DNA of 64,000 bases, from NCBI RefSeq assembly GCF_000143415.4, contig NW_003314327.1, positions 919,403 through 983,402 on the forward strand. Direction: 5' to 3'. Made by a program: the position numbers and the translations under genes. The stretch's first letter is position 1. Every line of letters begins with the position of its first letter. This stretch comes from Selaginella moellendorffii. Taxonomy: Eukaryota > Plantae > Lycopodiophyta. The notes beneath the pieces are model-generated. The model was not told the DNA's origin, made no database searches, and was given only the letters and a program-made list of their open reading frames with translations. This document shows, piece after piece, positions 12,342 to 24,930 of the stretch.

Positions 12342-15300
12342 TCAGATGATCCGGTTCCTGATGTCCTCTAGCTTCTTCATCACCTCTCCGGGAGTCCTGT
12401 CCAGCTCCTCGGCAATTTTGCGCTGTAAGTCTGGCGGAAGTGTGGGATATTGTTCGCATAGATCTCCATCAATAACATCCTGGATTTTAGACACTTGTCA
12501 GTACGAGCAAGAAGAAAAAAAGAGTGACAAAAAGGAAGAAGTCTACTGACCTTGACAGGGAAGTAGGCCGAGCGAAAAGCCATGTGATCGCGGCCGCACA
12601 GCGGTGGATGCTCCTGTCGCATATGCATCTCCAAGTGCGAGAAGAAATCCACGTCCTCTCGCGACGAGAATGGCAGCAGCGCCCCCACAGAGCCCATGAC
12701 CGTGCCATAGATCACGCTCTCGCCCCCGCCTGGGATGAGCGACGCCTTTTGCATGCACGTCACCACTTCCCCGACGTGGAACTGGATGATCTCCTCCACC
12801 TTGTTGGGAGCTCCGTTGAGCCGGCCCTGCTCCCACTTTATCTTGCCACCCGTCGGGTCGTCCTCGATCTCCTCCGACAGGTCTTGCGGCAGCCGCACGA
12901 AGAAGAGGTTCCCGAACTTGTCTCCCGCGGCCATGGTGTCGAAGTCGATGTGCAGCGACGCTGTCAGCCACCTGGGGCTGCTATCGTCGGCGAAGGCGTA
13001 GAGCTGGTTTTCGTCTCGCCGGTACTTGACGTAGTGGAAGGACTGCAACCAAAACAGAGCGTTAGTCACTGGCAGCACGCGAGCAAATGTGTTTTCTTAC
13101 CTCTTGGATGTCGCCCACGTAGATCCTGTCGCCGTAACTGTGGATGGAGGTGATGGTGTTCGGGAAGTTTTTGTTCTCGCATTTCCTCAGCAGCTTCCGC
13201 TTGCCAAGGTCGTAGATCCGAAGTATCTGCCCGATGCCGGCAAGCAGACGGCCCTGGAACTGGCAGAGAGCGGTCGGAACGCCGTCGATGGGTGTCTTGT
13301 GCACCAGCTCCAGAGATCTGCCGTCCTCGACAAACCGGTATATGTGGATGAAGCCACCCATCGATCTCCGCTTGGGCCACCACTCCAAGTCCTTGGCAGT
13401 ACCCACAGCAAGAACTGTTCCGAGGTTCTTGTTGTCGTGAAAGTTGACGCAGCAGATGCTAAAGGCCGCCTCGTTCTCCTGCAGCTCCAGCAGGCACGTT
13501 GTGGCCGCTGCCTTGGGATCCAGGACTCTGATGCACGACACCCACCTCCTCGAGTCGGTTTTGGGATAGCCATACTGCTCGTCGGGCATTGGCTCCTCCT
13601 CGGACTTCTCCTGGTTGTCGATCTCCATCATCCCATTGTCTTGAGCTGCAGCGCTCCTGCTCATGTGTTCGCGCTCCTCGGTCGTGAACGTCCCCTGGTC
13701 GGTCTCGATGAGCACCAGAAACTTCCGCTTGGGATGCAGGATAAACTTCCTGGGCGTGTATCGAAGTTGGATGGACGTCTGGTTGAAAGTCTCCCCGAGC
13801 CTCTCAATCGTGAAGACTCGCAGCGCTTCGCCAGCCACGGCCACAACACCCTCTGCGCATTGGTCCGATGAGAAGGAGGCCGCATACTCCAGGGTCTCGT
13901 AAGAAAGTGGAGTCAGGAGGAAGTGTCCCTGGTGAATGTAACCGAGCCACGGCCGACTGGAGAGGCACAAGAGTGCCTGACGGCCCCGAACAGACGTCGC
14001 AAAGAGCTTGGGAGCTCTCAGGCCCAGAAACCTCGTTCGAGTCCCAGATAGCTGCCCGGTGACCATGTCAACTTCAGTCCTGAGAAGAACGCCGTTCTGA
14101 AGGCCGGCGTTGAGGAAAACACTCGCTGGATACACTGCACCATCTTCTCCACCTGTTGACGCCTGAACTTCGAGCAAGAGCAGTGACTCTGGTGGGGAAG
14201 CCACCATCTGGACGCTCAAGATGTGCATGCAATCGTTGGGGTCGAGCGAGAGGATGCGGATGGTGTTGTCGTAGGAGCCAACAGCGAGGAACCGAGAACG
14301 CTGCCTGCCTTCTGGAACTGGGCCTATAGCCAAGCAGGCCACATCCCCCGACATTTCTCGCTTCTCTATCTCCATGAGCTGCCCCGTCGGATCCATCTCG
14401 AAGTAAATCAGCTCACCGCCGCTCAAGCCTATCACCACCTGCATCCTGTTGGAGCCAACTTTGACGATGGTCTTCTTGCCGGGAGTTTTCCACTCGTTTA
14501 TGCGCACTAATGACCGAATGTGTCGGATCCCATTGGGATACACCTGCATTAGCGAGTCGTCCCCGAGCAGAGAAACTTGAAGAGAAGGTGTCGTGTCCAG
14601 AAATCCGCTGTCACTGACTTCCTCCACTGTTTCGCCGATGGACAGCACCAGCGTGGCGTTCAGAAAGGACACCACGATGTAGGCATCGAACTCGTCGGTG
14701 ACACTCTTCTTCACCGTCCACACAGCACTCGGTACTCCCGGAAGCTGTGACACTGCCATCTCGGACACTGCAAGACCCGGCCTGAGTATCCGCAGCGTCG
14801 AGCGAGGACCTCTCCCGCAAGCCACGAAAATCTGGGGCGTTTCCTCTTCGAACAAGTTGGCAATCTTCATGTCCATAATTGGCATGAGGCTCTCCCCCTC
14901 GTCAATCTGGATCAAGTTCTTGAGCTTGCGGGGCTGGAAAAAGATGGGCTTAAAACCATCTTCGGTCTCCTCGAGAGTTGCAGAAGAGGATTCTACGTCC
15001 GGGTCGTCGCCAATACCCTGGAACTGATAGAGCGCATGGTTTCCAAACTCGGAAGCAGCAAAGAGGAAGCCGCTCTTGAGAACGCACATTGCCGAGGTGA
15101 CGGGAAAGGTGTCGAAGTACTTGATCTTGAGCTCTGTCACCACCATATCCGTATCGTTGAAGCTCAGCGTCACCTTAAAAACATCCCCATACTCGGTCTG
15201 GAGGAGAAAGAAAAAGACGCTCTTTTGCCTGTGCGTCGCGGCCGAAACGACGAGCACACCCCTGTCCGCCGGCAAGTCGGCTCGCCTGGGGATCAGAGCT

Positions 15301-16094
15301 CTCAGCTCTTGGGACTGGTTCTTGTAGATGACGAAGTTATCCGCGCAGACCAAGACTCCACTGGGTCCATCGGCACCGCCGGGAACGGTGACGAGCATGT
15401 TGGCACCATTGTCTATGGGCTCGCTCCACTTGCGAACGACGTGATTCAGTCCCAGGTCCAGCTCGTAGAAAGTGAGGTGCTTCTGTGCCTCGAGCGCCGC
15501 CTGGCCCGTGGCGTCCTGGTCGGCGTCCGAGTAGTCGAGCTCGATGGCGGCGAACATCGGGTTCTCAAAGCCACAGTCCACCCCGACGAGGGAGTAGACA
15601 ACGGTGTGGGACTTGTGAGCCTCCAAAGGAGAGGAAATGGTGAGCCTGGCCGCGTTGTCCCGGTTGAGCACGTAGACGAGCTTCTGCTTCTCGGTGGCGG
15701 CGATCATCACCGCCCGGCCCTTTGGATCCACGGACAAGAACTGGCCGGGCACGATGCGGCGGCACCCGGATTTCCCAAACGTCTCCTTGTGGACGGGATC
15801 GAAGGCGTTCCTGTCGCGATTGTACTCGAGGATGACGATCTTGCCCGAGTCGGAGCCGACGACGAGGTAATCCTTGTGGGATCCGGTGAGGCGGAACTGC
15901 GCGAGCGAGCGGACGACGCCAAATATTTCCACCGCGAGCAGCGTCTGGAGCTTGCCATTGTCGTCGGGGCGCAGGAGCTCTAGGATCTTACCGCGGCCGA
16001 TGACGATCTCCTGGCTCTTGCCGCCGATGAAGTTGCCGTAGCAGGCGCACACGATCCCAGTGGCGCGCTGCAGCGTCAGGCTGTACAAGAACAT
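12342..16094 (-). CDS. SF3B3: Splicing factor 3B subunit 3 (SAP130), about 1207 aa
   Basis: MFLYSLTLQRATGIV..., HKETFGKSGCRRIVPGQ, LTISSPLEAHKS; C-terminus ELDRTPGEVMKKLEDIRNRII*. Exons 16094-13101, 13042-12551 and 12479-12342. Confidence 0.98.
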
Positions 16095-16107
16095 TGCCGC
16101 TGAGCTA

Positions 16108-16115
16108 AAACCCTA
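16108..16115. promoter_or_regulatory. Telo-box (AAACCCTA) in the SF3B3 5' UTR/promoter
   Basis: Exact AAACCCTA 13 nt upstream of the ATG. Related AACCCTAA motifs at 9124-9131 and 37176-37183 sit near other gene starts. Confidence 0.55.
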
Positions 16116-16241
16116 GCCCGAGAGCTCAAGAGCCCTAACGCATCAAAAGAGAATATCCTGTGAACTCATTTAACCAACAAACGTTTACTTCTTTCACTAT
16201 CAACAAATCAAACGCCAACCCAACCTCGCCTGCCTCGTTAG

Positions 16242-17567
16242 TCACTTCTTCAAAACACTGCCAATCAAGCGAGCAGAGAGAATGAATGAGACGGTGCAAA
16301 GGGAAGGAAATCTTCGACTTACTTATACAAGTATCCAGCGATTCCTAAAACGATGCACAAAAGAATGATATCGATGCAGAAATTCCTGCTAGATCGCATC
16401 TACAGCGAACAAAGCCCCGGTAAGAAGCCACAATCTCGAGAAAGTAAGCAAGAGGTACCTTGTTCACAGTATCTTTCAATCTCACGTTCGTGGTTCTAAG
16501 CTCAGCGTTGGCGTAATCCACCTGCGGCAACACTCAAGCTTCAGCTTTCTTCCAGATCAACAAACAATGAATGCCGCACCTTGCTGTCAATCTCATCGAT
16601 CAGAGGGACCTGCCTGTCCATTTCCTGTAGAAATAGTCACGGATTTAAATCGGCACTTGAAAGAAGGCATAGAATAGCTCTTACTTCGTTGATATCTTGA
16701 GCCATGTTTCGCAAAGTGGAGAGACCTTCGGCTATTGTATCCAGGCCTTGATCCTACCAAAGAACAAAAACACAACTTCACTGTTAGACAATAGAAAAGA
16801 ATAAAAGCAAAGTGCAAGTCAACTTTACCTGTCTAGCTTTCCGAGTCTCGTACTCCTGTCGGAACCCCTTCGATTCTTCGGAGTGCTCGTACTGCTCGGG
16901 ACGCATCACGTCCTCTAGAGGTTGCATGAAAGAAGAACTATAACCTCCGAAGCAACGATAGAAGCTTTTTCTAGAAACATACCGGGACTAACCGAGTCGA
17001 TCTTGATCTCCATTTTGTTGTTGGACGCGCTTTTGCTGTTGCCCCAGCTGCTTCGTTTGTTCCCCAAGTTTGTTCCCTCTGGAATCGATTCAATCTTCTC
17101 AGCAAGCGCAAGGACGAGGTCTGGACGAGCTTCCATTTCTTCCCTGGAAAGTCCCTTCACCTGGACAAACAAACCAAAATTTCCTTGATTATGATACCAC
17201 CGCAGGCGTACACAAACTATGCTAGCTTACCTTTCTAGGAGCGAGCTTCTCCAGCTTTGGGATCTCATTCCTTAGCGCGGCCTTGGATCGGCGGACTTCG
17301 GCATTCAATGCGGCTACAGTAGCTCGATTCTTCTCCGTGGCGGCCTCGTTCGCTTTCTAGACAGGGATAATCGCCTCACTGGGCGCTCGGCGGTGGAAAT
17401 TTTGGTGTTACCTGGAGCGTGGTCTCCACATCCGCGTTGAGAACCGTGTAGAGCTTGAGGAAGCCATCGGTGGAGGAGATCTGCGCGTCCCGCTGCCGAT
17501 CCAGATCATACTTCTCGTACTTCTGGCACAGCGCATCGACGCGCGTGAGAATGTCGATGACGCTCAT
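16242..17567 (-). CDS. SYP71: Syntaxin of plants 7 family (Qc-SNARE, SYP71-like)
   Basis: MSVIDILTRVDALCQKYEKYD N-terminus; KGLSREEMEARPDLVLALAEKIESIP; SNARE coil; C-terminal TM segment ending YLYNVLKK*. Confidence 0.93.
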
Positions 17568-17702
17568 CTTGCGCTTCCCTCAAAAACCAAAGCCCTCACT
17601 CTCTTCGCAAGCTCCCCTCGTCGGGGGTTCGAATCCGGGGAGCTCGATTCTATTTGACCTAAACTTTCTGGGTATCGAACCACGACCGGGTGTTATAAGA
17701 AA

Positions 17703-19483
17703 ATGGCCATGGCAGCACCATCGTCGTGGGAAGCAGGGATTTGGCACAAGAAGAAGAGCAATGGACGCATTCCTCTCGGCGCCATCGCCAGAAAGCATGG
17801 TAATATCGCCATGTCTTGCAGCTCCTTCTCGTCACTGCTGCTCTCCAGATCCAAGGACGATCATCATCCGGTGGAGCGCGAGAGAGATCCCAAGAAGCGC
17901 GTGGTGATCACCGGCATGGGATTGGTGTCCGTCTTCGGCAACGATGTGGATTCCTTCTACGACAAGCTCCTCCAGGGCGAGAGCGGGATCACGCTCATCG
18001 ACCGCTTCGACGCGTCCAAGTTCCCGACGCGATTCGGCGGCCAGATCCGCAACTTCTCGTCCCAGGGCTACATCGATGGCAAGAACGACCGGCGCCTCGA
18101 CGATTGCCTGCGCTACTGCCTGGTGAGTGGGAAGAAGGCGCTAGAGAACGCGGAGCTGGATACAAGCAAGGTAAAATCTCTCGAGCTCCTCAAATATTTC
18201 GATGATATGATCGCTGCATTGTCTGTCTAGATCGACAAGGAGCGTGTTGGCGTCGTGGTGGGATCGGGAATGGGAGGTCTCTCGGTGTTCTCGGATGCTG
18301 TCCAGGCGCTCGGTGACAAAGGCCACCGCCGCATCACTCCCTTTTTCATTCCCTACACCATCACCAACATGGGCTCGGCGCTCATCGCCATCGAGCTGGG
18401 ATTCATGGGGCCGAATTACTCCATCTCCACAGCCTGTGCCACTTCCAACTACTGCTTCTGCGCTGCGGCCAATCACATTCGTCGCGGGGAGGCCGACGTT
18501 ATGCTTACCGGTGGCACCGAGGCCCCGATCATCCCAGTCGGGCTTGGCGGATTCGTTGCTTGCCGGGCTCTGTCGCAGAGGAACAGCGATCCCCAGACGG
18601 CTTCTCGGCCATGGGACAGAGATCGAGATGGATTTGTCATTGGAGAAGGCGCCGGAATTCTGGTATGATCTTCCATCTTTCTTACGTAGTATGATCTTCC
18701 ATCTTTTGTTTTTTCCTTGCGTGGTTTTCCAACTTTCCAACTTTGTACCAGGTGATGGAGAGTTTGGATCACGCCATGAGGCGAAACGCGCCCATTCTTG
18801 CGGAGTACTTGGGTGGCGCTGTCACTTGTGATGCTTACCACATGACTGATCCTCGAGCCGATGGATTGGGAGTTTCAACGTGCATTACGCGTGCACTAGA
18901 TGACGCGGGTGTACATCCAGAAGAGGTATTATCTCTTTGCGCTCGTCTCGATCATTCTCACCAAGGTTTTCAGGTGAATTTTATAAACGCTCACGCTACA
19001 TCCACTCCAGTTGGCGACATGGCTGAGGTGAATGCCATTAAAAAAGTATTCAAGGATACGTCAGAGATGAAGATGAACGCTACCAAGGTACGTCTGATTG
19101 CTGCAATGCTGCTATTGTAACTTGAGCCTTTCTAGTCGATGATTGGACATTCTCTTGGAGCCTGTGGTGGCCTGGAAGCCATTGCCACCATCAAAGCTAT
19201 CAAGACTGGATGGGTTCATCCAACTATCAACCAATTTGTGAGTCGGAATAGCTTGCTTGTTCACGATCACTCACAATCCTTTCGGCAGAATGTTGACCCG
19301 CTAGTAACATGTTTTGATACGGTTCCAAACGTGAAGAAACAGCACGAGATCAACGTTGGTAAGTAAAACGACGTCGTTGGAAGCAAGGCAGTACTAACAC
19401 GACTCCACACAACAGCTATTTCGAACTCGTTTGGCTTTGGAGGCCACAATTCGGTGGTCGTCTTCGCACCGTTTGTTCACTAA
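17703..19483 (+). CDS. KASI: Plastid 3-ketoacyl-ACP synthase I
   Basis: Transit-like N-terminus; RDPKKRVVITGMGLVSVFGNDVD; catalytic Cys in ISTACATSNYC; NAHATST, IGHSLGA, SNSFGFGGHNSVVVFAPFVH*. Confidence 0.95.
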
Positions 19484-19586
19484 GTAAAAAGATCTATTCA
19501 GTTTCCCCAGACAGCCAACACGTCTTGCTGGCGAGAGCAAGACGATTTAAAATATACAGTCTAGTATGCGAGCTGGAAATAATCTC

Positions 19587-22500
19587 TCAAGTTTTTTGCG
19601 AGTCCTTCCTGGTCGGCTTTCTCAAATCGTCGAAACTGGGTTTGCCATTGTATTCCTGTGACGAAGGCTTTAAAGAAAAGAAAAAACTTTGGTTCTGGGA
19701 CAGTCTTACCTCTGCTCGCGCACACTTGCTATTGCGTCTCGACTCTAAGACGCTCGCTTCTGCATGGTCTATACATTTTCCATGGAAACGAACGTGGCCA
19801 TCCGTGTCGTTCACAGTTTCGATCTGGAGCAAGCCCTGTAATGGAGGATCATCACTTTGCGAAAAAAAAGAAAGAAGCAAACAATGTCCTAACCTTGGAA
19901 TGAGCACACCAGGCATGAAAAGGAACAGCACACTTCGCCTCGTGACACTGAATACATGAGCCACCTTCTCGTTTGCATATGGTGCAAGTCTAAACAAGAA
20001 CCCAGAACAGAGAAAAACATAAGACCATAAGACCAAAGTTTTTTCTCTACGTACCAGTCGTCTCCTGGAAACCGAAACTCCAGATACGTCGAACATCCCC
20101 ATCGTTCCAAGGTTGAGGCACCTCGTCCCGGGCATCCACAGGGCGCACACCATATGAACCCATTGTGCGACGCTCGGATCACTCACGGAAGCCGTGATGG
20201 TGTTGCTGACTTCTTCGATTTCCCTGGCGCTGTTTCTCTCCGATCGGCGTACCTGCTTAAGCCCAGGCTTGGGCCGTTCACCGCTTCCGGCCTTCCATGC
20301 CTTAAGTAGTCCCTTCACGACGGTCTGCGCGTTTTGAGCTCGAGTCATCGCCCCGCCGCGATATCCACACAGGACACACACCTGGAATGAAACCACTCGT
20401 CCATCAGCAACTGGCTAACAAGTTAAACTACTTACGATGTTCTCGACTTCGGACTTGCATGGACGGCACGTCCACGAGGACTTTGGAACCTTAGGAACTC
20501 CATAGCAAGCTTGATGGACCTGCTTTGAGCGCAAAATTCGTAAATCGTTTAAAAACAAATTTCGTTACCTTCACTGGACACGCGCTACAGTAGATGAGCT
20601 GATTGTGTGATTCGGACTTTGAACTCCCACAAACGGAGCAAGCGTTTTCCTTGACAGGTTGAGCCTTCTTGCAATGCTTCTTCAGCTCCAACTCATCTTC
20701 TACACACTTCAGTTTTACTGTCTGCGTTGTTCCAGGTTCACGAATGCCGCTGCATGGCGAAAACAATTTTAGTCCATCCCGCAACTTTGAAACTCCAAAC
20801 CTGAAAGTAGAGGTTGTTTGTTGGTGATTCGTAGTCCTCCTTCGCTTTACAACTTCGGTTTCTGCTAATGAGCTCTTCCCTGTCTGCCCTGACTCCAGTT
20901 TCTTTTTCGCAACCGACGATGTCTGTCTTTGGGAATCATCGTCAGTTGCTAGAGACTTTGTTTTCCTGGTAGCTCCTCTTGGAGACCTTTCACCACGAGG
21001 AATGATACTTTGTCCCACTCTGAAAGGCCGACAAGTTACGTTTGCAGAAGGGTCAGGCATTGACGAATTGAGCTCAGACAGCTTACGCTTGCGGATCTCT
21101 TTGCGTAGAGCACCACCATCTTCCTTACACCCCTGTCCTTCAGCATTCTTTGAAAAACGGGGAAATCCTTCCAGACTGATTCTCCGTTCAGTTGCGTGCT
21201 TCATTATCGACTTCATTGACATCATCTTCCCGTTTCCACCGTTCCCCGTCCGGTTGTGTTTTCTTTGATCGCTACTGTCGGAATCCTGTTCGTCTGTGCC
21301 GGCTGGTGGGTCTCGACTCTTAACTTTGATTTTCAAAAGAGTGTTTTTCTGCTTCCCCCTGGCTATGTCGCCGTGCGAGTCCTTGAGAAGGAGAGATGCA
21401 GAACGGGTCTTCCTCACAGTTGTTCTCGATCGCTTTTGCTTCGGTGTAAGCTTACATAGAGCAGTGTTTTGTTCCTCATCATCCCTTTGCTGCCGTCGGT
21501 TCGAAGCAGGGAGCTCGGAAACGCCTGAATCATTACCCTTGGAATTCCTAGCCATGATTGTGTCGTTGAGGCTCGCCACCTTTTTCCGGCCTCTTCTTTC
21601 AACCTTGTCTTCATGTTGCACTTCTTGCAACCCTTCTATCATGACGGACTCATTAGCCTCGCTGGAAGAGCGGTCGCTTGGTGAGAGTGATAACTCCCGA
21701 GTATCTCCAGCTTCAAACTTTTCGGAGCTGGATTTTCCAATACCCGAGCCTTCATCAATTAAGTCATGCTCTCGGCTCTCCGACTCCAGTGTCGAGGCTT
21801 CATCATTCACGTCGTCGTGTGCATCTGAAAAACTCGCAACGTTCTCCGAGCTTTTAGTTGAAACCTCGCTAGTTTCATCCTCGTCCTCGAGTGAGGTGGT
21901 CTTGCCAGCTAGAATGCCTTCACCCGTGGTTTCACCGGGGACTTCTAAGCCATCACACGGCTTTGCAGGCGCGTTCCACCCAAAGGAACCATTTTCAAGC
22001 GGCACGTTTTTTTCCGAATGAACTGTGCCTGTAGGCAACTCATTTTCACCAACCGATACTAGTAGCCCAGAATTTGCCGGTATAATTGACGATGTATCTT
22101 CGTGGTGCTGGCCTGGTTTCCCCTCTAGAAGACTATCCCTTGTCAGATTTTGCGAGCTGGCGGCATGACTATTCCTTTCACCTTGTACTAAGAGCGCGGT
22201 AGAGTTTCTGCAGAAAGAGCTGATATAGTTTAAGCATATGCAGACTTAACCGACCTGTTTGCTTCGTCGACAATGTATGGATGCTCCACTATCGCCTTGT
22301 GATCCAAAGCGCTTTTTCCTGAAGTGAAGAATACAACTTAGAAAGGTAATCCTCAGCGTAGATTATACCTGGAGTGGCAATCGAAGGATTCGCTGGTTCT
22401 GTTTCAGCTCTCCCGTTGTCACATAAACGTGCTTTGGATCTAAATTGCTCGCCGATGTGAAGAGCTTCCTGTCCATCGAGCACAGATCCTGTTGCTTTGT

Positions 22501-24847
22501 GTTCCATACCCTGTTGCTGTATACAGCTACTACTGCTCATTCGGCACGCCAAAGTTTCCTGGGGTGCGGGTGCAGCCCGGGTCCCATCACCCCCAAAGCA
22601 GTGTACCACCTCCTTCTCTTTACTTTGCAAATACCGAGTCCCATTGTTGGACCATCCCACTTGAGAGCATTCTTGTGAGACGTATTGCTGACTATCCATC
22701 TGAGTAAATCCAACAACGTCGTTAAGCAGCCGATGACTCACCATTCTCTGCTTCATCTGTGACTGTGATAGCAGTTCAAGCGAGTTTTCTGGCACGTGAG
22801 GTTTTAACTGGTAGAAAGAGTCCCCATGCTCTGACGAAACTCTGTTCCCATTCTGATTTGGTGGCTCCGTCCAGAACTTTGTCCTCTCACTGAGTACTGT
22901 TCTTTCCAATGCGGCCGGGCCATAGTGACCGAAGTTCACAACGTTGATTTTCTCCAGTCGTTGTTGTTGGGTAAACTGCTGAACATCTTGCTGTGACTGG
23001 AAACCATAGCCATGTACTGATCCCGGGTGAAGGCTGGCATCAACTGCACAAACATATACAGAAACCTTGTCAGCCGAAGGGTCAAGCGGACTTACGTACT
23101 CTTTTGATACGCTCTTTCATAAACGAGTGAGGTTGGCTGATCCATCTCTGTAGTCTGCATCTGTGACCGGAAGGCTGTGCCGAATGATGCTCCTGCTTTC
23201 TGTGCTTGCTGTGACGGCTGCCCCAGCCTCAACTCAAAGCTCGACGCAAAACTGTCCTTGTCCTGTCTGACGTTCTCGTCCCAAGGTTTCCTTGCTTGAT
23301 CAGAATGCAAGATCCTTTCCCGCAAACCAAGCTGTTGTTCAGCAGACGAATAGGCTCGACCACCATTGATGAAGTCGAAATGCATTGGCTTGACGGCACC
23401 CACAATCCGTTGAAACTGCGGTGAAAGAAGCTCAGCGCCTTTCGAACTTCTGTTGCAGCCTTGGAAAACAGCGTCCTGGTAATTCCCATAGTTCAGACTC
23501 GCAGGGAGGTTTGCCATCTGAACGGGCTGGCAACTGGTAAAAGTCTCAGGCAACTTAGGAGTGTGTACGTTTCTACTCGTTTCACTTCCATCACCAGAGT
23601 CCCATCCAGCTTCGTCATCCGGCACAGGAACCTGTGCGCATACGTTAGCTAGAAAAGACGGGAGAAGATGATAACACGAACCCCGACTCGTGTAAAGACT
23701 TTTCTGCGCCACTGGACTAGTGTCTCCCCCGTTTCCAAGTAGACAGCATTGCCGGGATTGACAGAATGAGAACCAGCATGCTGATGCAATGAAAAGAAAG
23801 TAAGAGAGTGAGAGAGAATAAAAAAAGAACGCACAGATCGTCTAAATCTCTACCGGCACTTGCCTGGACAAACTTGGCAACTGTCATCGCGCAGCCGTGA
23901 CACAAACACACCACCTCCAGCCGACCCCTATCAGTGAGAAGCAACTCTCCATCTGTTGTCGGGAAAAGCCCGAGCAAGATGACGTCAAAGAGATGATCCA
24001 AGACGCAAGGTATAGAGAGGAAGAGAAAACTTACTGGCGATCAATCCTTGAGCGCCGGGAGTGTATACCCGCAGACCCGCCGGGAAGGCATGCGAAGTAG
24101 AGTTCGCGCTGTTGATAGATTTTCTCTGTGGAGGTAGCAGCGCCTGTCCGTGGAGCTGCTGCTGGTTTCGAAAGTCTGTAGAGCAGCTAGTCTGGGCGTC
24201 ATAGGTTGATCGAGACAAAGAGCTGTCCTTGAAGAAGTCGACGTCGGATTTCTTGGTCCTTGATCTGTTCTTGAGCAAGCCCAAGTCCCGGTCCAGAGAA
24301 GCAGTGGTAGCAACGTCGGTGAGAAGGGCACGATTGGTAGTAGCGGGATGGAGCTCCTGGACGCCAGACCAGGGCACGGCAGCATTGGCACTCGCAGTGG
24401 AGGAAACTAGATGATGTTGCAAGTGTGGATGATGAGAAGTGACGATCCCTCCGGCCGAGTGATGGAGAGAGTGCTGCTGATGCTGCTGTTGCTGCTGCTG
24501 GACGAGAGCTAGCAGCTGATTGCTGCCTTGATCGCTGCTACGAATCGACTGCTGCTGCTTAAGGCCTCCTTCCAGGCCGCCGAAGTTGATGAGATGATTA
24601 GCGCCCAGCGTCTCCTGCCGGATTGTCACGCAGACCTCCTGCGCGACGAAGGGATGATGGTGATGGTGAGGCGGATGATTCAGCTGGCTCACGGTGCCAG
24701 CCGCATTGGCCGCATTGACCTGGAATTGCAGTGCAGCGAGGATCACAATGTGAGGCTCCCGGGGCCAAGGGGAGATGAATGTAGGCTTACCTGAGCTCCG
24801 CCAAACGATTGCTGCGGTCGACTGTGGTGCTTCCACAGATCCTCCAT
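19587..24847 (-). CDS. Large chromatin protein with N-terminal TDBD-like (C-x-C-H) region and C-terminal PHD + extended PHD (PZP, Jade/BRPF-like) module
   Basis: Exon 1 (24847-24791) MEDLWKHH...GAQ is spliced to VNAANAAG. Motifs GELLL...VVCLCHG...HAG, FELRLGQP, CSVCG...CSACPVKVHQACYGV, CVLCGYRGGAM, WVHMVCALW, CTICK...CAVPFHAWCA. Stop at 19587. Confidence 0.82.
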
Positions 24848-24930
24848 CCAAGCTCTCCCGCTCAGGAGACCCCCATAGCCCTAAAAACCCTTGCTTGGTG
24901 AAATAGGGTTCTTGAAAGGGCGAGGCAATC

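Noticed and set aside
13089-15983. Long plus-strand ORFs (260 aa and 315 aa) opposite SF3B3
   Set aside because: Typical antisense ORFs produced by GC3-rich codon usage; no motifs.
17600-17700. Possible tRNA gene around GGTTCGAATCC
   Set aside because: The T-stem does not pair and no D-arm, anticodon arm or acceptor stem can be formed.
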